Assembly: GCA_045634865.1 (NCBI GenBank)
Contig: JAZRBB010000008.1
Location: forward strand, 14,407-78,406
Reading direction: 5' to 3'
Source of the DNA: Candidatus Enterousia sp.
GTDB lineage: Bacteria > Pseudomonadota > Alphaproteobacteria > Rs-D84
Length of the DNA stretch: 64,000 nt
The notes below the pieces were generated by a model. It was not told the origin of the DNA. It was given only the letters and a program-made list of their open reading frames with translations, and did not search any database. How positions within the stretch are numbered: the stretch's first letter is position 1; each line of letters opens with the position of its first letter. Positions 57,929-64,000 of this stretch are shown here, piece by piece. A program made the position numbers and the translations under genes.

Positions 57929-59428
57929 TTACTGTATTCTGATTACATGACAACTTGAACCACTGAACTTTAATAACTGATCACACAACTTTTGCGCTGT
58001 ATCTATGTCTGGCAAAGGTCCGATACGTAAACGATACAGACGCGCGGTTGCAGAATCAGAGCCCAATTCACCAACGCCATGTTCATCTACGGCATAGAAC
58101 ACACTGTTTTTATATGGTGTTAAAATACCAACGCCATCATCACCGCTGAACTTTGCCAATAAATCAGCCCAATAATCATCTAATGCCTTGACTGAAGTAT
58201 CAGACTTCAATTCCACAGCAACACCGACCTGATTACTGGTTATCAATGGGATATTCGATTGTGGCAAATATGCACCGGCAGTCATTCTGGCATTTGGTGC
58301 AACATTGATATTTGGGTTCGTATCAACAACAGCCATACCAGCATTATTAACACCATATGCGCCATACCCAGCCATAGGTTGATTTCCAATTATTATCGGA
58401 CTGGCAGTATAATCATTTATGCCAGCATTTATAGCATACTGGTCATCAGTATAAGCAATCGTATTCAGAGATTGATTCGCCATCAAAGATTGTGCGACAT
58501 TAGCCTCTGCCAAAGCCATAACAGATGCAGTATCAGCAATCAAGAAAGGCTTTTCACGTTTTTTGATGCATACAATTCTTTGCCCGCTGCGCAAAATCAT
58601 GTCACCCACAGCCTCTACAATCAATAAACGACCGTCTTCGCCGTCTGTGCGGAAACCGACAGGACTTTCGCCACCTTCGACCAACAAAGATACCACAGGA
58701 CGCTGGGTCATAGAAATAACCTTGTCCCCAAAATCGATGTATGTGAATATACGGTCGCGCCATACGCGTTCTGGTGCAATTACATAATCATCAGGATTTG
58801 GCACAAATATATCCAAATCAAAACGGAATTCAGACGGGTCAATTTTCATTGTTTTTATCCAACCGTAATCTTCGCCATCAACACCAATCGTTGATGAAGC
58901 CGAAGATTGTTTTGTTGCAAATACAGAACCCATTTTCCCAGATGATGTTGGTGCCATAGCGCCACCAGAAACAGCACCGCCATTACCCAAAGAAATATCA
59001 ACTTGGGAATAAGCAATCTCACTAGAATTTACGGGATACGCACGCAAATAAAATGTATATATGTTCCCCGATTTACCAGTCACTATAAGATTTGTATCGC
59101 TACCATTGTTTTCAGCAGAAGGTTGAATATACATTGTCCGACTACCTTTCGATGTTTGTATATCAAATAAGGTTTCATCGCCACGCATTATCTCTTCAAT
59201 CGTTTCACCGTTCGGTAACGTCACCAAAGTCGCCATGCCAGAACGTGTTTTGATCGGCAGAACAGTTCCCTTGGACCAAACAAGATTTGCATATCCCGGC
59301 TGGGAAGAACCCGCAGCCATATTTGCATTTGGATTATCCCACGCAACCTGATAATCAGCAAATGCAGGAAATGCGCAAAGCATAACTGATAACAAAGAAA
59401 TATTTAATTTGTTTTTTAAGCAAGTCAT
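57929..59428 (-). CDS. virB9: VirB9/TrbG-like T4SS outer-membrane core protein with C-terminal SPOR domain
   Basis: Signal peptide; TNLIVTGKSGNIYTFYL and PERVWRDRIFTYIDF (VirB9-type); C-terminal LYRLRIGPLPDIDTAQKLCDQL...CHVI (SPOR). Confidence 0.85.
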   Translation of the reverse strand: MTCLKNKLNISLLSVMLCAFPAFADYQVAWDNPNANMAAGSSQPGYANLVWSKGTVLPIKTRSGMATLVTLPNGETIEEIMRGDETLFDIQTSKGSRTMYIQPSAENNGSDTNLIVTGKSGNIYTFYLRAYPVNSSEIAYSQVDISLGNGGAVSGGAMAPTSSGKMGSVFATKQSSASSTIGVDGEDYGWIKTMKIDPSEFRFDLDIFVPNPDDYVIAPERVWRDRIFTYIDFGDKVISMTQRPVVSLLVEGGESPVGFRTDGEDGRLLIVEAVGDMILRSGQRIVCIKKREKPFLIADTASVMALAEANVAQSLMANQSLNTIAYTDDQYAINAGINDYTASPIIIGNQPMAGYGAYGVNNAGMAVVDTNPNINVAPNARMTAGAYLPQSNIPLITSNQVGVAVELKSDTSVKALDDYWADLLAKFSGDDGVGILTPYKNSVFYAVDEHGVGELGSDSATARLYRLRIGPLPDIDTAQKLCDQLLKFSGSSCHVIRIQ

Positions 59429-59431
59429 TGT

Positions 59432-60124
59432 TTATATTCCTTCCTTGTAAAAATCTGTATCTGATAACGGATCTGTTTCTTTTGCGTCCAAAACTTTGTA
59501 TTCTGTGACCTGAATACCAAGTGGATTATTACGCAAATCTTTCAGATAATTCAGTATTTTATCCGAACTATTATCCAGATAAGATTGTATTGCTATACCT
59601 ATCTTATAACTTTTTGGACCGATCTGTCTACCACTATTTTGATCAAAACAAGTTCTATCAAAACCAACAATGTAACGTTGAGATTTTTTATTAAAGACAA
59701 TATTACCATCGTTGAAATTAACCGAACAAACCATGTTGTACACACGATTTGTAGTCACTTCATTGTATGTATCAGTACTCCTGAACTGTGCAGACACAGT
59801 AGGTGAAGACCAAGGCTTTACAATGCGATTCCATCTTTCAATGGTGGCAGACTTTTGTGGTTCGAGAGTGTTCCTGGCAATTATATATGTTCGGATAAAA
59901 CCTTTGATGTATTCTGATTGGAAATCTTTATCTGTTGGGTTTTGTTTGTCCAATACATAATTCACATTGCGACTTTGGTTTTGCAGGAAAAAAATCTCCG
60001 GTCGTGTAAGCGGGGTCATCTGATACAAAGTGAACACCAAAACAGCCAATATCGCAATCGATGCTGCTAATACGAACATTAATGCTCTTGATAACAAAAC
60101 CGGCGGTTTCACGACCTTTGACAC
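59432..60124 (-). CDS. virB8: VirB8-like T4SS inner-membrane protein
   Basis: Single N-terminal TM ending MTPL, FIRTYIIARNT, VKPWSSPTV, NPLGIQVTEY; first gene of the B8-B9-B10 order. Confidence 0.82.
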   Translation of the reverse strand: MSKVVKPPVLLSRALMFVLAASIAILAVLVFTLYQMTPLTRPEIFFLQNQSRNVNYVLDKQNPTDKDFQSEYIKGFIRTYIIARNTLEPQKSATIERWNRIVKPWSSPTVSAQFRSTDTYNEVTTNRVYNMVCSVNFNDGNIVFNKKSQRYIVGFDRTCFDQNSGRQIGPKSYKIGIAIQSYLDNSSDKILNYLKDLRNNPLGIQVTEYKVLDAKETDPLSDTDFYKEGI

Positions 60125-60150
60125 AGATTTCCCCTACATTATTTATTTCG

Positions 60151-60180
60151 ATTGTAGACAATTTGTTTTATCATGTGCAA
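60151..60180 (-). promoter_or_regulatory. Putative promoter of virB8-B9-B10
   Basis: TTGCAC-18-TACAAT on the minus strand, about 27 nt before the GTG start. Confidence 0.5.
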
Positions 60181-60243
60181 GTAAAAAATAACAAAATGTA
60201 ATTTTTTTCTTTGTGTTATCATAGGTGGGTTATATTTTTTCAC

Positions 60244-60272
60244 TTGCGATAATTTTTTTTAACAGTTATAAT
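60244..60272 (+). promoter_or_regulatory. Putative promoter of tRNA-Trp-secE-nusG
   Basis: TTGCGA-17-TATAAT. Confidence 0.6.
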
Positions 60273-60385
60273 ATTTCCGCTTGCTTTTTAATATCGGTGT
60301 GCTATGCTTGCACCGATTATCGGTATACTGTGGTAATTAATATAAGGGTGCGTGTATGGAGATTTGTGCGTAAAATCAACAGACT

Positions 60386-60459
60386 AGGGGCTTAGTTCAA
60401 CGGTAGAATATCGGTCTCCAAAACCGCGGATGAGGGTTCGATTCCTTCAGCCCCTGCCA
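60386..60459 (+). tRNA. tRNA-Trp (CCA)
   Basis: AGGGGCTTAGTTCAACGGTAGAATATCGGTCTCCAAAACCGCGGATGAGGGTTCGATTCCTTCAGCCCCTGCCA; canonical position before secE. Confidence 0.95.
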
Positions 60460-60499
60460 AAACAGAAATATCGATAACAACAGGCAAATCGGAAAGTTT

Positions 60500-60679
60500 A
60501 TGAAAAAAATACTAGAGTTTATTAAATCGGTGCGTTCAGAATGGTTCAAGATTGTTTGGCCATCACGTGAAAATGTTATCAAAACAACCATCATGATATT
60601 GGTGTGCTCGGGTGTGGCAGCTTTGTTCTTTTTTGTTGTTGATGGTATATTAAATGCGCTGGTTGGGTGGATTTTCTAA
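60500..60679 (+). CDS. secE: Preprotein translocase subunit SecE (59 aa, below ORF-track cutoff)
   Basis: MKKILEFIKSVRSEWFKIVWPSRE...FFFVVDGILNALVGWIF; lies between tRNA-Trp and nusG. Confidence 0.93.
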   Translation: MKKILEFIKSVRSEWFKIVWPSRENVIKTTIMILVCSGVAALFFFVVDGILNALVGWIF

Positions 60680-60698
60680 CAGTATAAGGGGATAAAGC

Positions 60699-61244
60699 AT
60701 GGAAGAAAAAATGCAGTGGTTTGTCGTAAATGTTCATACTGGTTGCGAAGACAAGGTTGCACGTGAATTGCGTGAACAGATTGATAAACGTAAATTAAAT
60801 GCTTGTTTCGGAGAGATTTTAGTTCCAACACGTGAAGTGTCTGAGATAAAAGCGGGCAAACGTGTAAAGTCAGAAAAGAAATTTTTTCCGGGGTATATTG
60901 TTGTCCAGATGATTATGAATAACGAAACTTTTTCTTTGGTTAAATTGATGCCCCAGGTTGTTATGTTTTTGGGTCAAAAAGTTAAAAACCAATCTAAACC
61001 AATTCCTATCAGTGAAGCAGAAGCGCGTCGCTTGTTAAAGCAAGTGGAAGAGGGGTCTGTTGTCACAGAAGATACTGTTTATGAAGATGGTCAAGAAGTT
61101 CATGTTATCGATGGGCCATTTGCAAACTTTAATGGTATTGCATCGAATGTAGATAATGTGAAGCAGAAGATGACTGTCACGATTTTAGTATTTGGGCGCG
61201 AAACCAGTGTTGAATTGGATTTTGCCCAGGTAGAAAGAGTTTAG
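60699..61244 (+). CDS. nusG: Transcription termination/antitermination factor NusG
   Basis: WFVVNVHTGCE, FFPGYIVV, DGPFANF, VFGRETSVELDF. Confidence 0.96.
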   Translation: MEEKMQWFVVNVHTGCEDKVARELREQIDKRKLNACFGEILVPTREVSEIKAGKRVKSEKKFFPGYIVVQMIMNNETFSLVKLMPQVVMFLGQKVKNQSKPIPISEAEARRLLKQVEEGSVVTEDTVYEDGQEVHVIDGPFANFNGIASNVDNVKQKMTVTILVFGRETSVELDFAQVERV

Positions 61245-61332
61245 TCCGATGGACTAATGTGTGGAAGATGCGCCATATCGAACCACAACACTAACCAGAT
61301 GTGAAAACATCATAGAAAAATGGAGTGAAAAA

Positions 61333-61764
61333 ATGGCAAAAAAAGAATTAAAGGGGATTGTTAAATTAGTAGTCCCTGCAAAACAAGCGAATCCTGCGCC
61401 TCCTATTGGACCTGCGTTGGGTGCTGCTGGTGTTAACATCGCAGAATTCTGCAAACAGTTTAATGACAAAACGGCTGATAAAGAACCAGGAATGCCAATT
61501 CCTTGCATAATCACTGTTTATACAGATCGTAGTTTCGAATTTATTATGAAATTGCCACCTGTGTCATATTACATCAAAAAAGCACTGAAATTGAAATCTG
61601 GCTCTAAAAAACCAGGTCGTGATTTCGTTGGAACTATTTCCAAAGCACAAATCGAAGAAATAGCAAAAGCAAAAATGCCTGACTTGAATTGCTCTACAAT
61701 TGAATCTGCATGCAATATTGTTGCGGGTCAATGCCGTTCTATGGGCGTAAAGGTGGGGGACTAA
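61333..61764 (+). CDS. rplK: 50S ribosomal protein L11
   Basis: [28 protein letters not shown]. Start moved to 61333. Confidence 0.97.
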   Translation: MAKKELKGIVKLVVPAKQANPAPPIGPALGAAGVNIAEFCKQFNDKTADKEPGMPIPCIITVYTDRSFEFIMKLPPVSYYIKKALKLKSGSKKPGRDFVGTISKAQIEEIAKAKMPDLNCSTIESACNIVAGQCRSMGVKVGD

Positions 61765-61767
61765 GTC

Positions 61768-62445
61768 ATGAAGAAAGTTACAAAAAGAAAACAAACTTGG
61801 GCATCATTGGATGCTAACAAGGTTTATGCTTTGACAGACGCAGTTGAAACATTGCGTGGTTTTTGCTCTTCTAAATTTGATGAAAGTTTGGAAATCGCAA
61901 TTAAATTAGGCATTGATGTTGCCAAGGCTGATCAGAACATTCGCGGAATGTTGTCTTTGCCAAATGGTACAGGTAAAAAAGTTCGCGTTGCAGTATTTAC
62001 TGTCAACAGCCAAGACGAAGCCAAGAAAGCTGGCGCTGATGTTGTTGGTGGTGAAGAATTGATTGACAAAGTTGCAAACGGCTTTTTAGATTTTGATCGC
62101 GTTATTGCGACACCTGATATGATGCCAAAAATGTCAAAAGTGGCTCGTGTTTTGGGGCCAAAAGGTTTAATGCCAAATCCAAAATTGGGCACAGTCACAA
62201 ATAACATAGCAGAAGCGGTTGCAAATGCAAAGGCTGGTCAGATTGAATATCGTGCTGAAAAGAACGGTATTATCCATGCTGGTATTGGTAAAATGTCTTT
62301 TGCTACGGATAAATTGGTCGAAAATGCAAATGCATTGATTGAACAATTGAAAAAGGTAAAACCTGCATCTGCCAAAGGTCAGTATATTTTGGGATGCAGT
62401 GTTGCAACAACCCAAGGTCCAGGCCTGAAGGTTGATGTAAAATAA
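61768..62445 (+). CDS. rplA: 50S ribosomal protein L1
   Basis: KFDES, LPNGTGK, VLGPKGLMPNPKLGTVT, TTQGPG. Confidence 0.97.
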   Translation: MKKVTKRKQTWASLDANKVYALTDAVETLRGFCSSKFDESLEIAIKLGIDVAKADQNIRGMLSLPNGTGKKVRVAVFTVNSQDEAKKAGADVVGGEELIDKVANGFLDFDRVIATPDMMPKMSKVARVLGPKGLMPNPKLGTVTNNIAEAVANAKAGQIEYRAEKNGIIHAGIGKMSFATDKLVENANALIEQLKKVKPASAKGQYILGCSVATTQGPGLKVDVK

Positions 62446-62480
62446 TTTATGGTGGGTAAAACCACCATAAAAACAGATTT

Positions 62481-62530
62481 CTGTCCAAGACTGATGGTGT
62501 GAACAATTCACTTAATTTCCATCATAGACA
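62481..62530 (+). promoter_or_regulatory. L10 leader (rplJ autoregulatory RNA)
   Basis: GTCCAAGACTGATGGTG...CTTAATTTCCATCATAGAC matches the L10-leader pattern and lies in the rplA-rplJ gap. Confidence 0.75.
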
Positions 62531-62624
62531 AAGAAAAAATTCTTTGGGGCAGGAACACAAGCCCCACCGGTGGGAAACCACAGATGGAAAGTTAAACAAA
62601 AGAAGCTTAAAAGGATATATAAAG

Positions 62625-63104
62625 ATGAGACGCGAAGAAAAATCAGACTTGATTTCAGCGTTGCAGTCGTCCTTGAAAGAAGCAAACGGTGTTTTCGTTA
62701 TTGAAAACCATGGTTTGACAGTGAAAGAAATGGAATCTTTGCGCAATGAATTGCGTCCTTTGGTTTCATTGTTCAAGGTTGTCAAAAACCGTTTGATGAA
62801 ATTGGCATTGAAAGATACCAGTTTCGAAGCTGTATCCGATTTGATGAAACGTCCAACAGCTGTTGCAATTGCAACGGATGCTTTGGCTGTGACAAAAGTT
62901 TTGGCAAAATTTGCCGAAGACCATCAAAATTTCTCTATCATTGGTGGTAAAATGGATGCAGATGTTCTGAATGTGAACGACATTGTGCAATTATCCAAGC
63001 TTCCGTCCCTGTTGGAAATTCGTGGTACTATCGCACGTATTTTGATAGAACCAGCATCACGCTTGGCGCGTGTTTCAGCAGAGTATGGAAAGAAACAAAG
63101 TTAA
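62625..63104 (+). CDS. rplJ: 50S ribosomal protein L10
   Basis: GLTVKEM..LR, KVVKNRL, LSKLPS. Start moved to MRREEK (62625). Confidence 0.95.
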   Translation: MRREEKSDLISALQSSLKEANGVFVIENHGLTVKEMESLRNELRPLVSLFKVVKNRLMKLALKDTSFEAVSDLMKRPTAVAIATDALAVTKVLAKFAEDHQNFSIIGGKMDADVLNVNDIVQLSKLPSLLEIRGTIARILIEPASRLARVSAEYGKKQS

Positions 63105-63126
63105 AAACTCAACAAGGAGTATTAAA

Positions 63127-63495
63127 ATGGCAGATATTCAAAAAATAGTTGAAGAATTGTCAAAATTGACTGTCCAAGAAGCAGTTGAATTATCAAAAGC
63201 ACTGGAAGAAACTTGGGGTGTAAGCGCTGCTGCTGCTGTTGCAGTTGCTGCTGGTCCAGCGGCTGGTGCTGCAGCGGAAGAAAAAACAGAATTTGATGTT
63301 GTGTTGGCTGATGCCGGTGCAAACAAATTGGCTGTTATCAAGGCTGTAAAAGATATCACTGGTTTGGGATTGGGCGAAGCAAAAGCTTTGGTTGAATCCG
63401 CTCCAAAAGCAGTAAAAGAAGCAGTTGCAAAAGATGAAGCTGAAAAAATGAAAGCAACATTGGAAGCAGCTGGTGCAAAAGTAGAAATGAAATAA
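63127..63495 (+). CDS. rplL: 50S ribosomal protein L7/L12
   Basis: [32 protein letters not shown]. Start moved to 63127. Confidence 0.97.
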   Translation: MADIQKIVEELSKLTVQEAVELSKALEETWGVSAAAAVAVAAGPAAGAAAEEKTEFDVVLADAGANKLAVIKAVKDITGLGLGEAKALVESAPKAVKEAVAKDEAEKMKATLEAAGAKVEMK

Positions 63496-63656
63496 TTTCT
63501 AAAATCGGAATCGCAAGATTCCAAAAATTGCAGAAATGCAATTCTGCCGCCCACCTTGGAAGGTAAAAAATCCTTGGTGGGCACAAAGGCATAAAAAATA
63601 ACGAATTTTTTTTCGTTTGCAAAATACAGAAAAGAAAAATAAAAAGGATTCAGAAA

Positions 63657-64000
63657 ATGGCAATTATCCAGAAACTTAGAAAATCTTTCGGTAAAAGTTT
63701 TTTGCAAACTCCGCTTCCTGATTTAGTTGAAATTCAGTATAATTCTTACAAAGATTTTTTACAGGCAGATGTAGCCCCTGAAAACAGAAAAGACAAGGGC
63801 TTGCAAAATGTATTCAAATCTATGTTCCCAATTAAAGATTATGCGGGAATCGCAGATTTGGAATTCATTGAATATACTTTGGATAAACCTGTATACAATG
63901 TTCAAGAATGTATGCTGCGTGATATGACATATTCCAGCAAACTGAAATTGAAGCTGAGATTGATTTTGTGGGATATCGCAGAAGATGGTAAAAAATCTTT
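63657..64000 (+). CDS. rpoB: RNA polymerase beta subunit, 5' part (runs off the window)
   Basis: MAIIQKLRKSFGK...LPDLVEIQYNSYKDFLQ...GLQNVFKSMFPIKDY...LEF..Y.L..P...QEC..R..TYS..L; follows rplL. Confidence 0.95.
   Translation, partial: MAIIQKLRKSFGKSFLQTPLPDLVEIQYNSYKDFLQADVAPENRKDKGLQNVFKSMFPIKDYAGIADLEFIEYTLDKPVYNVQECMLRDMTYSSKLKLKLRLILWDIAEDGKKS

Noticed and set aside
62499-62624. 42-aa N-terminal extension of L10 (similar extensions on mraY, comEC, rplK, marR and yidC in the ORF track)
   Set aside because: These are upstream in-frame alternative starts; the extensions cover leader RNA or promoter sequence, and better RBS-linked ATGs lie downstream.

Overview
Gene-dense, AT-rich chromosomal window from a small-genome Alphaproteobacterium. 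The gene set (GapR/DUF2312 beside pyk, rmuC divergent from def-fmt-truA, alpha-type SuhB and repressor N-termini, many Cys-rich exported proteins) suggests an uncultured host-associated lineage such as the gut Rs-D84/Enterousia type; this placement is inference. Core genes: a reduced cell-wall/division block (PBP1A-mraY-ftsW-murG), rpmE, uvrD, dnaQ, def-fmt-truA, comEC, pyk, dacA, recR, rsmA, kefC, lspA, yidC, tRNA-Trp-secE-nusG-rplKAJL-rpoB(5' part) and tRNA-Gln. Accessory parts: a surface-polysaccharide cluster, a MarR-TolC-adaptor-RND operon, several Cys-rich surface or secreted proteins, and an inverted-repeat-bounded methyltransferase cassette next to tRNA-Gln. The most striking signal is a dispersed, apparently domesticated type IV secretion-like apparatus with no mobile-element context. 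It comprises five divergent VirB6/TrbL-like paralogues (7976-15282; three carry an N-terminal CxxC motif and one is fused to a lectin-like domain) and a separate virB8-virB9-virB10 operon (55481-60124) in which VirB9 carries a SPOR domain and VirB10 carries an Ig-like domain, a Pro-Glu linker and a Cys-rich tail. Also notable are a translocator-like plus Cys-rich/HExxH toxin-like gene pair, an RND transporter lacking the proton-relay residues with a miniature adaptor, and a SuhB lacking its catalytic residues. No searches were run: all family calls come from motifs read in the sequence and recalled family consensus. No CRISPR array, rRNA, integrase or transposase was seen.
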